Positions 51,211-62,432 of a stretch of 64,000 nt of DNA are shown piece by piece (within the stretch, counting starts at the first letter, position 1; the number at the start of each line of letters is the position of its first letter). The position numbers and the translations under genes were made by a program. The stretch is from contig JAPETS010000023.1 in the NCBI GenBank assembly GCA_026023565.1, positions 186,001 to 250,000 of the forward strand, read 5' to 3'. The DNA is from Cirrosporium novae-zelandiae (lineage: Eukaryota). The notes under the pieces were generated by a model. That model saw nothing but the letters and a program-made list of their open reading frames with translations, did not search any database and was not told the origin of the DNA.

Positions 51211-52383
51211 ATGGCTTCCTACTCTCAATCCCAACCCCGCTACATCAAACCCACCATTACCCACTCCTCCTCGCACCCTCTGAACCCTTACACTCACCTC
51301 CTCTCAACCCTCTCATCACTCCTATCAGAAACCTACCCCCATCTCCCTCACCTTGGCCCCCGTGACTATAGTGGTTTATTCTACGGGCCCACTTCCATAG
51401 CGTACCTCCTCTTCCGGCTCTCCCTCTCCCATCCAGAATTAAAAGCCTCAGACCGGACGATCGAAGATTGGGCCGAGTTGTACCTAGGAGATCGGGGTCT
51501 TCCCGGGGAGAAAGAAATATGGCCTGTCGATTCCACACACTGCGGTATCGCCAATGAACGTCTATCGTCTCTAGCAGTCCGTGCAGCTTTAAAGCATGAC
51601 AAAGCTTGCGCGATAAATCTACTGGAGTATACTGATATCGTCCTAAGTGGCGAGAAAGCAGGAAGTAACGAATTATTATTCGGAAAAGCTGGTTACCTCT
51701 ACCTCCTCAAAATGGTGAAGAGATTTGTAGAAGACCCTAAAATCCAAGATGCCATCAACAAGAAAATCCTCGATACCGGTAATCGGATCCTTGAATTCGG
51801 ACCGCCCTGGATCTGGCATGGGAAACAGTATCTGGGAGCCGTGCACGGTGAAATTGGAATAATAACGCAGATGTTGCAAGCACAGCCAGCGTTTGCACCC
51901 AAAGTCCAGGCGCATTTGAAGAAATTGTTGGATTTGCAGATGGAGAGCGGGAACTGGCCTAGTAGTCTTGGGGAGTCGGCAAAGAAGGATGTATTGGTGC
52001 AGTTCTGTCATGGGGCTCCAGGCTTCGTTGCCAGTCTACTTGCTATCCGTCAGTACGTCCCAGAATTATCAGCCGAGATATCCGAGGCGATAGAAAAAGG
52101 AAGGGATACCGTATGGATGCGGGGACTATTGACCAAGGAACCGTGTTTATGTCATGGGGCCACGGGAAATGCATTGTGCATGGACGAGGAAAGGAGAGAG
52201 GAGATGTTAAGGTTTGGAATGGAGGATGTAGTGAGAGAGGGGTTGGCGAAAGGAACATTTGTGGCGAGTAGTAAACCCTGGGGATTGTACACTGGGTTGG
52301 CAGGGAGGGTGTGGGCGTGGATGGCGTTGGAAGGAAAGGGGAATGAGGGGATTATTGGGTATTCGGACTTGATTGACGGTTAA
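51211..52383 (+). CDS. Lanthionine synthetase C-like (LanCL) protein, intronless
   Basis: NELLFGKAGYLY, WHGKQYLGAVHG, GNWPSS, VQFCHGAPG, GLLTKEPCLCHGATGNA, GLYTGLAG. Confidence 0.93.
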   Translation: MASYSQSQPRYIKPTITHSSSHPLNPYTHLLSTLSSLLSETYPHLPHLGPRDYSGLFYGPTSIAYLLFRLSLSHPELKASDRTIEDWAELYLGDRGLPGEKEIWPVDSTHCGIANERLSSLAVRAALKHDKACAINLLEYTDIVLSGEKAGSNELLFGKAGYLYLLKMVKRFVEDPKIQDAINKKILDTGNRILEFGPPWIWHGKQYLGAVHGEIGIITQMLQAQPAFAPKVQAHLKKLLDLQMESGNWPSSLGESAKKDVLVQFCHGAPGFVASLLAIRQYVPELSAEISEAIEKGRDTVWMRGLLTKEPCLCHGATGNALCMDEERREEMLRFGMEDVVREGLAKGTFVASSKPWGLYTGLAGRVWAWMALEGKGNEGIIGYSDLIDG

Positions 52384-52655
52384 TGTAGGTAAAATGCTGG
52401 CGACCTCTTCTGATCTTTAGTAGTGTGAAACTGATATATCTATGCTTTACTCGCCTCAATTTTGCCTACAGATTCGTAGTCAATGCTAAAATTGGCACGA
52501 CGACGAATAACTACGGAAAGTTAATCCACTGAGAACCTGGTCGGAAAAAAATGGATGATCCCTATGAACGCTGCATTAGACTGCAAGATTGTTATTTGGG
52601 TATCACTTCTATGTTTGCCTTGTTAGGTAGATTAAAAAGATCCAGTAAAATACTA

Positions 52656-54919
52656 TTATCGACTTGACTGAACCGCTTTCATGAGTGTCTCATAGTGCTC
52701 CTTCTGCTCATCGGCTAGTTTTCCCTGAGTGTCCTAATCAAAAGTTAGTAAGCAAGAATAGGTCTCTTCATATAATATGGCGCGAAAATTATGCTCACAC
52801 TAATAATTGTCTGTACCAAAGAATAATTATTGAAGAGAAATCGTTCCTTTTTCCGGGAATCCCCAACCCCTCTCCCAACCTTCGCTAGAAACGCTTCAAA
52901 GTCAGTCCTCAATCTACCAAGACTGCTTGATACGGGCTCATCATCCCCGGACTCGCTACTTAGCGATAGAATAGCTTGCAAAAACTGTCCAAATCGTTGC
53001 GTAAATGGATGCGGTGCGGTAGATTGTTTCGTAGTATCGTTGGAAGTCAGCAATGCAGATGCTGTGCTCCTCCCTGATGTCGAGGCAGTTGCGCGTTTCA
53101 TTGACTCGCAGTGGAAATCCATGATGATTTGGAATCGTGGCCATAGTAGAATATTTGTGCCATTAATGTAAGATTCCATAGCCGGACATTTCCTCCTCTG
53201 CAGCTCGAATGCGTTATGTTGGTTCAGCCGGACGCACAGGAGGATCCCAAGACCGTCAAAACTGTGTTCAATGAGCTGCTTGGTAAATGACTGGCCGAGA
53301 GCACACGTTGGTTCCAATATCTCATTAAATTTGCGAGTTATTTGAGAGAAAGGCATTGAAGAGAAGAATTCAGTCATGAAGGAAAATTCAGCAGAGGCAT
53401 TATCCACCAGGGCGAGGTTGAAGTTTCGAAATGGCATTTCAAGGTAGTGAGAGGATTTATCTTCTTCTGCAAGGTACGAAGAAATCGCCATATGGCTCGA
53501 TGTGGTCAGGATATCGAGCCGACGACCAAGATTGAAGGCATCATGCGGAACATTAGGTGTTTTTGAAGACATGACATTGCCTCGTTGGCTTGTATGATCA
53601 GTACCTAGGGCATCATATTTATCAATTCCATAGATCTTTATTTTGTCCAATGCTTGATGGTAGCGACTAAAATGGTGGAGATAGTACCAGCGCATAGTAT
53701 TGATGTATGCCTGACTAATTTCCTCTGAGAGTTGCGGCTGCCTCTTCGAGAGAAAAGAGAAGAGATCTTTGTATTTTACGAAGTATTGCTGCTGTATTAT
53801 CTGCGCATTAATATTAGGAGACCTTAGGCCTTTAATCTGGGCAACTAGGTAATCTCTGATTCTCTCGATTGCCTAAGAAGAGTTAGTAGTTGATTTCCAC
53901 AAGAGGGCCAAACTTTGACTAACCTTGTTGCTTAAGTCATCAAGTAGAGGCACAAAATCCTCCATGGCTTTGATATTTTTCTGATCCCTTGTCTTGCTTT
54001 CTGCCGTTTTCATCCGTTTTTCGACTTCCTGCAAAGCTAGAATCCATGCAGGATCAACTGCACCCTCGGAGATCTTCTTTACAATCCCTGGTGAGATGCT
54101 GATTTCTTCAACTGCCGGACCTAATATCTTCTCAACCGCTTTTCGATTATTCAGCCTCTCGTTCAGTCGGGCTGACCTCGTTTGCAAGGTCTCTATTTCC
54201 GCAGACACCGCGCCGAGATCGTTCTGGAAGCTCTTGAGTGACGTTTCGACCGTTTTTAAGACATCGTCGCAAGCCTGAATATGTTGTAAGTATTAATGGC
54301 ACATAGTTCTAAAGTTTAAACATACCAGTATAGAACGATGAAGGTCATCGAATTTGTCCTTCTGGTTCTCGTCTATTATGGGTCACGTATTAGAGTTTAT
54401 AGAAGTACAAATAGGAATAGTAATAGACATACAATCATCCAGTGTTCCTGATTCATAAGAATCAACACCAGAAGGTGCACTATAATCTTCATCTCGTTCA
54501 CAGAATTCCTGTAGACTCAACCCACCAAATTCGACATTTTCAGCAAGCTCATCTGGTCTCGTAATATCCGACAGATCGGTAGAGACATCTTTGAAGTCGA
54601 CCTTCGCTCCAGCTTCCTTCAATAGACGCGATAGGACATCTAGAGGATCTTCCACATCATCTGGTGGTAAAGTTAGGACCACATTCCTTAATGCAGATTC
54701 ATTGCGTGCAGCTGTTGGTAGGGAGATGGTGGAGGCACTGGGACTTGTATCCACGGAAAGGGATAACGAGACAGACGAGGAGCGAGGGCTTAACCCGGGG
54801 CGCGTGAGGTTTAGTTGCCCTAGATAACTCGGTTTTCTAGGAGCAGGTGAGTATACTCTATTGCGAGGAGGTGGTGAAGCTGAGGGCGTTGAATGGGCGG
54901 AAAATCTATCGAGCCACAT
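52656..54919 (-). CDS. VPS52: GARP complex subunit Vps52/Sac2
   Basis: FQNDLGAVSAEIETLQ..S..LN.RL.NRK, YINTMRWYY, LLCVRLNQ, LLWPRFQ, FLFNNYSLV. Four introns. Confidence 0.93.
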
Positions 54920-55749
54920 ATTGTGTCTTCATAGCTTTATTCAAAGGGCCTTCGTGACAGATCACGTAAGGAATTTCTCTAAGGAACTCGAGGGGGTTAG
55001 ACGGAGGAGGATCCTAATGTCATTGTTCAATTGGACATTACTATCTAATAACTGTGGAAGTTCTTGAGGTTGATGATGATAATGATTGAAGTGGTCTCAT
55101 ATGACGGCCCGACCTGGGCCAAGGGACCCCTGGGGCTACCAATTCCTTCATGTCTTCCAAATGGTTAAAACAGCGATCACCTATACCCTAATACGGTTAA
55201 AGTCATAGATAAGATTATGAAATTCATGACTCAGATTTATTAATTCTGACCCTGTTGGTTCTCCATTGGCAGTACCTAGGTAGTCACCTTTGGCCCCCCA
55301 AAAATCATATAACTGTTAATTGTAGTTACCATATTAGAATTAATTTTGGGCACAGGGCTTTTTTGCGGAGTATATTGCTAGTACCTCTTCTCTACAAATC
55401 TCTATCTTTTTTACATCACACTTTTAATCCCCAACATAAGTAGTGAAGATCCGAGTTTGTGAATCCTGCTTATTTTCGGACCGGCGTGTCACGTGATTAA
55501 CCACTGGTACTTGCTAGCGGGCTCGACACTCTAAGCTTGGCCCCGCCGCCTTCACCCACGAAGAAAAATTGCACCCCTCCTACCCTTGATAACTCCAACT
55601 CCGCTCTATTTCTCCCTCCTTCCCATTCTTTTTTTTCCCCCCCATCCATCCCTTCTTCTTCTCATCATCTCCACATCCTAAGAGCCGCAGATTCATCCTC
55701 GGACCAACTTACTCGCCCTAGTGTTCATTACTTCGATCTATAAACTACA

Positions 55750-56487
55750 ATGGCTGACAACGACGCTCAGGTATGTCTAATCGCGATTCTTTACAAATTT
55801 GCCCCACCATCGACAATTTCCAACCCTCAGTCAGTGGGGCTTTTTGGATCTCCTTCACATCCAAGGATAAGATTTTTTGGGGTTGATACTGACCCTTGTG
55901 GTGACTATAGCATGAGCAACACACCTTCGAAAGCGCTGATGCGGGCGCCTCCGCTACCTTCCCCATGCAGTGCTCTGCGTTGAGGAAGAACGGATTCGTC
56001 GTCATTAAGGGCCGCCCATGCAAGATCGTCGAAATGTCCACCTCCAAGACGGGCAAGCACGGTCACGCCAAGGTCCATTTGGTTGCCCTTGACATCTTCA
56101 CTGGCAGGAAGATGGAGGATCTCTGCCCCTCCACTCACAATATGGATGTCCCCAATGTTACCCGCAAGGAATACCAGCTTGTAATGACCCCTATTTTGAT
56201 ATTGCAATATTTGTCGCTGATGAATTCTAGCTTGATATCTCCGACGACGGCTACCTTTCTCTTATGGTTGATGACGGTTCCACCAAGGATGACGTGAAGG
56301 TTCCCGAAGGCGAAGTTGGCAAGAAGATCAATGAACTCTTCCGTGAGCAGGAGAAGGACACTAGTAAGAATTCTTTCCTGATGTACGTCAATCTCCCAGA
56401 GATCTAACTTTTTTTACAGATGTCATTGTCCTTACTTCTATGGGTGAAGAGGCCGCCATCGAAGCCAAGGAGGCTCCTAAAGGCTAA
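55750..56487 (+). CDS. HYP2: Translation elongation factor eIF5A
   Basis: [35 protein letters not shown] and the hypusination motif [12 protein letters not shown]. Three introns; ends EAPKG*. Confidence 0.97.
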
Positions 56488-57198
56488 GACTCAATCTCTT
56501 CGCATCTTGTGAGCATGTTCATTTTGTCTCGCATGATTGTTGGGGGGATTAAGTCCTTAGCATCTATGCTGCTGGTAGTTGGAGACGGTGTCTAACTCTG
56601 CCATGATGGTTCCATATATTATTGTTTACGGCCATGCAGCTTCCAACGATTCTCAAATCATTAATTTGACCAGAGATGGGAATTTTTCTTTATTATGTTG
56701 AGAGGAGCGTATTACCTAGGATTTTCCAATGGCTGATATTAGCATAAGTGAAATGAAAAAAATGCTTACGTTTATGAACCAGCAAGAATTTAATGTTGCT
56801 GGTGATTAACAGACGACTTCCAAAACCAAATCATTCCTTGAAAGTAGTCAAATTAATTCTAGTAACGAATTTTCCTGATGGTGGAAAATAGGTAGATAAT
56901 GCTTTTTGTAAGTTAACCTAGGAAGGAACAGTCGGTTGCTCTCCTCCAACACAAGCAGAGTGACAGCTAGCTATGGTTGGTATGTTAGTAGAAAATACTG
57001 CGGTGACTGTATACGCGTATACGCAGTGCAGATAATTACTGTTGGCACGTGTTGATCTTCCTTGTTTGTTAAGCGAGATCTCTATTGGAGTAGCTCTAGC
57101 TTTTAGCTCTAAAGGTAGCCTTCATGAACATCTTCATGCACAATTTTGCCTTAGCACGAGATCTCTCACTTTGTTCATAATTTTCTCTATATAAGTGG

Positions 57199-59047
57199 AT
57201 GAATATGGCGCGCAAAAAGAGGTGTATCATAGATAACTGCAATGCTACGAGGTACAACTGGGAAAACGGACATCAAATTTGCTCAAATAGCCATCAACAG
57301 GAGGTATATTGCGATCAATAGCACTACTGTACGAGTTCATGTGCTTATGGAGAATAGGATGTCCAAATAGAAACTAGCAAGAAATCAAGAGCAAGCAAAA
57401 AACTAAAAGCAGGCAAGAATCAAGAGCATTCGAAGAAGAAAGAGAAAGTTAAACCTCGACGTAAATACTGTGGTTTGCTTAAGCTCTCAGAGGATTGTCA
57501 CTGACAATACTTAGTCTCGATAGGCCCTGAAGCTTATAAGCTTTACCTGAAGGCATACCAAGTTATCTTGCAAAACCAATGCGATTGGCTGATCAATTCT
57601 AAAGGTCTCCCGGCTGAGCTTGAGGTATCTTCAACTACCAAAGGAATTTTTCTATCCCTATATCTAATCACATACGCAGCTTCTTGTAAAGGCTCTCTGG
57701 TCCCTTCGGCTCCAGGTCCTCACTTCCGAGGCAGAAAACTCAGCTAACACGCTCTCCTCAGAGCCCCAAATGTCCAGTTTCCAAGCAATCCATAACTCTG
57801 GACCTTTGGCATCTAAAACCAAAAATAAAGTGTCGATAATATATGAAACTCCTGGGCTCCTGCAGACATTAGGACTCTGCTATCTAGGCCTGCTCCTTCT
57901 TCGTCTTCCAATCAGCATAGGAGATATACACAAATGGGCAATCGAAGAAGAAATACCATATATACGTGCTATAAGGTTTATTTCAACAGAAGCGAAGGGG
58001 ATGTTACCCATAAGGTTCTTACATGCGCTGAAAACTGCTGATCATCTGGGGATCGGGAGACTTCATCATGAAATTAGGGACTTGATATTCTTCTATTCTT
58101 CAAAGTTCAAAATGTCCTTCCCAGTCATTAATTCAACGCTTATCTCCTTCAAATACACTAAGGAACTTGCTCTACCCATCACCGTCTTTGCCATGATACC
58201 ACGTCTTGCTTCATTACTGAATTATCAATTCGAGTATCCACCTTTTAAACCCAATACTCCCATCAGTTCACTCCCAGAACCACGGTTAATTAGCCTTCTT
58301 ATAGTCGTCGTCAAGCTAATTTTCCCATTTGATGACATACCACGCACTCCGTATTCATTCGAGGAACCTGGGGCCTTGAAGCTCGATTGGGGCGTTTGGC
58401 GCGAAGCCCAGAAAGAAACAGAAGGGAATAACAAATGGAAGAGGATGAATGAAGATGATGTCTTTAAGATGAGTGGTGAGGATATGGATGCTTACTTAGA
58501 CTGGTCCGAGAAGAGAGATATTAAGAGAGGGACTGATAAAAATGAGGATCAAAATATCCCTCAGGAGATTCTTGATATGTTTCCAACCACGAGAGCCCCA
58601 AACCAAACACGAACAAAAATCCAACCTAGCCCTCCCATAGCCTCCTCGTCTCCTCTCGACTCTCTCACAAAAGTACTAGACAGCTTAACTTTAAACTCTC
58701 CACATGCTCGAAGCTCTTGTTCTCGCCACATTAATCGTCCAGGCTCAGGCTATCAGCTCTATCGCAGTAAATCCGATCTCCCCAATTCAGCTGCAGAAGC
58801 CTTCTACAACAAAGCTGCCGAAGTGTCAGGACTGAAAGTTGAAAAGCTAATGGTAGCTGTGTTGCAAATAGAGAGGAAACTAATTGCCAGGATGGAGAGA
58901 CGGGGGAAAGGATGCAGTGTCCAAGATATCGAGGATGATGACGACGATGACGATAGTGAAAATAGCTACAATAATGACTATGATAACGGTTATGACGATG
59001 ATGACAATAACGACGACGATAATGATAACGATGATGATGCTGAGTAA
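57199..59047 (+). CDS. RRN7: RNA polymerase I core factor subunit Rrn7 (TAF1B-like)
   Basis: N-terminal Zn ribbon (C-x4-C...C-x3-H), LYLKAYQVIL..Q..WL...GLPAELE, TLGLCYLGLLLLRLPISIGDI. D/N-rich acidic tail. Confidence 0.85.
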
Positions 59048-60045
59048 TTTCAATTCATATCACCATACATCTTTGGTTGGGTCCCCTTATTAATTACTAA
59101 TATTGTCTGTGGTGTTCCTTTGAAAGCTGCAGTGTCCGTTTCTATCATAGGTTGAAATATTCATTTTTCAACTACTGCCGGCAATCATAAGTAAATGTTG
59201 ACATTCTCTCTCTCGGTATAGAGAATAAATCAGTCCATTAATTACTTGGAACCGCAGAAATACAGGTCGACAAACATTTCACCGACAGAATTTGTTTTTG
59301 TTCTAACAAGCATTAATGGGCTAATAGCTGGTACTTAGTAGGGATATTCCCCAATGTGTGCTATCTCCTATCGTCTTTCCTCTAATGGAACATAGAAGTA
59401 TGTGGACGTAGACCGGTGCTCACGGATTAGGATACCATAATCCTAACTTCTCATATAGGTTTACTCCACTGAATATATTAAATAGGCTACACTCTATGTG
59501 CAAGAAGAGAAAAAGGAATTATAGTACTTGCAGGGCTAGGATCAATGTAGATAACTACTGACGAATATCTTTTTATATGGTGTTTTTGCTAACACTAGTG
59601 CCTCAAGATCACTTCCATATACTTCTTGAAGAAGTCGATTACCACCATCACCTCAGGAACAATGAAAATGCCTTCCTCCTACCCCATTATTAAGTTCGTC
59701 CAAGGTTCTAATGGCGACCTTAATCAGTAAAAAATGTCTAGGACCCATTTTTCGAATACATTGACCTGAGGCCCGGAGAAGTTATATGCTGTGGTATGCT
59801 GCGTGGTGGTATAAAAATATTATTTTTTCTTAATTGTTGTTTACAATTTCAGGATTTGCCTCCGTATTTTGCAATAAGAGCTTCTTTCATTCGGGCGGAC
59901 GCCATAGTGCAATTCCAGAACTCTCACGACAAATTCAATCAACAACACCTATATATTTAAATATTTAAACTCCTCCCGCCATCTTTCTACAATGCTCAGA
60001 CCATTGAACTCAAATAATAATTGCTCTTTCTAGCTAGCTGTTACA

Positions 60046-61296
60046 ATGAGTATTCACCATTCAGATCAGAATCCAACCTATATTAAGACGAACCACAAAA
60101 CGTGTGACGACAAAGACCCTCTATCTTTGAACTAGCTAACACATCTAATGTAGGAGAGCTAGAGCCGAGCTACACTCTTTACCCTCACTTCCACCATTCT
60201 AACTACCATTCCTAAGTTTTTCCGTTGACCTCCGATGTGAATTGTATAGACTTCTTTTCAAGCGCAATCACACCTTCATATTTCATGTCTACCTGCAAGG
60301 CGGAAATCTAGTGGGCTTTCGAGATTATATGCGGAGTGGAATTCTAATAGAGAAATTCTGTGCCTTGATGCGAACTTGCAAACAGGTACACGATGAGGTG
60401 ACTGAGGTTCTATACGGCCAAAACGAATTTCGTTATGAGGTTACGATTTTGGGATACAAGAAGCCATGGTACCAGACGACGCATCCACTGGAATTTGCAC
60501 TCTGTTCTCCAGAACATATTTTAAGCCCACTACCCTTGATTAGAAATATATCATTCAACATTTACTTCCCATATCTATCCTTCGAGGAGCGTACGAAAAG
60601 CGAGAAGCAGGTTCTGAAGAAACGCAAAGCGACTTGGAAGCACGCCAATAAGTTCATGAAGCACGTAACCAGCCTACTCAGCGGTGGTTCCGATGGACTG
60701 ACACATCTGACGAAGCTTACGGCTCACTACGATGATAGGTGGTGTGAACCGCACCCATCCTATCCTTTCCGCATGTGCAATCCCCACGCCCAAAAGCTAG
60801 TCAATAATTATTTAAGACATATACGCACCCCTCCTTACATGACGTGGAAACGGTTTTCTTGCCTCCCTCCTCCTCCACGCCCAATCTCCTGTTTCCAATA
60901 CATTCTCGAACCCCTCGTGAATCTGAGGTTCCGCCCCGAAGTATCTAGAGACTTCGGACCAGCATATGGCGTTCATTTATCTGGAAATCTAGACCCGGCC
61001 CTGGCGAGGAAGATGGAGGATGTGATAATGGGGAAAAGAGAGCCGCCTGTGCTACTAGAAACCACCTTACCGACTACGAGGCAGGTGAGGATAACGCCCG
61101 GGGAAAGAGCCTGGTTTAGGAGTCGAGGAAGGTATAGAACGGTGAGGGTGGGGATAGGGTGGGGATGTGGAGGAGGAAATATTATGAATCAGGGTTTGTG
61201 TGGGAACCGCAGACGAAGAATGATAATAATAATGATAAGAAGAGGAAGCGCGAGGCTCTGGATGAGGTAGAGGGTGCTGCTGCTGCTATTTGTTGA
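60046..61296 (+). pseudogene. Probable pseudogene of an F-box-like (FLxLPxELR-type) fungal protein
   Basis: Manual model: ATG 60046, intron 60102-60153, in-frame TAA at 60200-02 before PFLSFSVDLRCELYRLLF, LMRTCKQVHDEVTEVLYGQNEF motif, apparent frameshift near 61150. Confidence 0.55.
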
Positions 61297-62432
61297 TGAT
61301 ACAAAAGACGGGTAATTAACCGGTTGATTCTTGGTATTTATCTATATATAAAAACGTTAGAGGGGGGCGGCAAGCTAACACTACCCTTCCCTACCCATGT
61401 CTAAAAGGAGTAAGTGGGGTAGATATCCTGCTAACTTGTAGCTTGGGATAACCGGTATTACGATATCTATAGAAATACCTAACCTAGCTACACCATAACA
61501 ATAAATTGAGGGTAAATTTTTTAGTCTGGTTTACCTTGAAGGTTAAGTTAAGTTGATAGAATACAGCTTTTAAATAGGCTGCATAGGGTGGAAGGGGAGG
61601 TTATAATGAGGTTAGTACTATGTGTATGTATATATATGTTAATTTTTTTTATAGATGGGATAGATAATATGTCACTAATTCACTGATTCGAAAGGGAGGA
61701 GGAGGAGGGAGAAAGAGCGCTGATAGCATGTCATAGGGGTAGGTCTTGATTAAAATTGATGTTACCTATATAAAAAATACTTATAATGTTATTGTGCCAC
61801 CTAGGAGAAACAAACATATAGAATATAAAAAATCATGCATTTCATTAAAGCATAGATCCATTCGATACAAAAATTGAAAAAATTTAATAAGACTACCACA
61901 AGTAGCAAAAAAAAGGTGATAAAAAACTCTCATTGATAACTTTAACACTTTGATCCAAGGGTTAATTATCCATAAAGTCTTCTTTATTTCGGTAATAGCG
62001 TACTAGTATAACGTGCGTACGCCCATATATAAATAAAAAAACAAGTCCTCAAAATCAATCCCAAGAAGTTTAACTTTCGCTCGACAAATCATTAATAATA
62101 AAAGAACAATTCGGTGGTCATCAGAAAAGCCTCCCCAACCATCCTTTCATCCATTCATCCTGTCTGGCAATAGCACGGACAACCACCCGTACATAAACCA
62201 AAAATAAAAATAAAAATACCACCCAGTATTTGAAACAAACGGCAACGAAAAGCTGTAAGTAGATGTGAATCCCTATCGTAATTGTTCGCAAGAGATCTTC
62301 GCATTTTTTATTATGCGCAAATCTCGTATCCAACGAACAAACCTGAGAGAACCTCCTATCCCCTTGAGCATCGTATTTAGGTGTTATTGAATGATTAATT
62401 TTAGATGCATGCATCATCAGTAAATATCCTTC

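Noticed and set aside
51211..52383. LanC gene as evidence of a lanthipeptide biosynthetic cluster
   Set aside because: No LanB/LanM/kinase-lyase, precursor peptide or transporter nearby; the flanks are VPS52 and a zinc-finger gene.
58935..59045. GAT/GAC/AAT repeat array
   Set aside because: This is the low-complexity Asp/Asn tail of Rrn7, not a CRISPR-like or mobile repeat.
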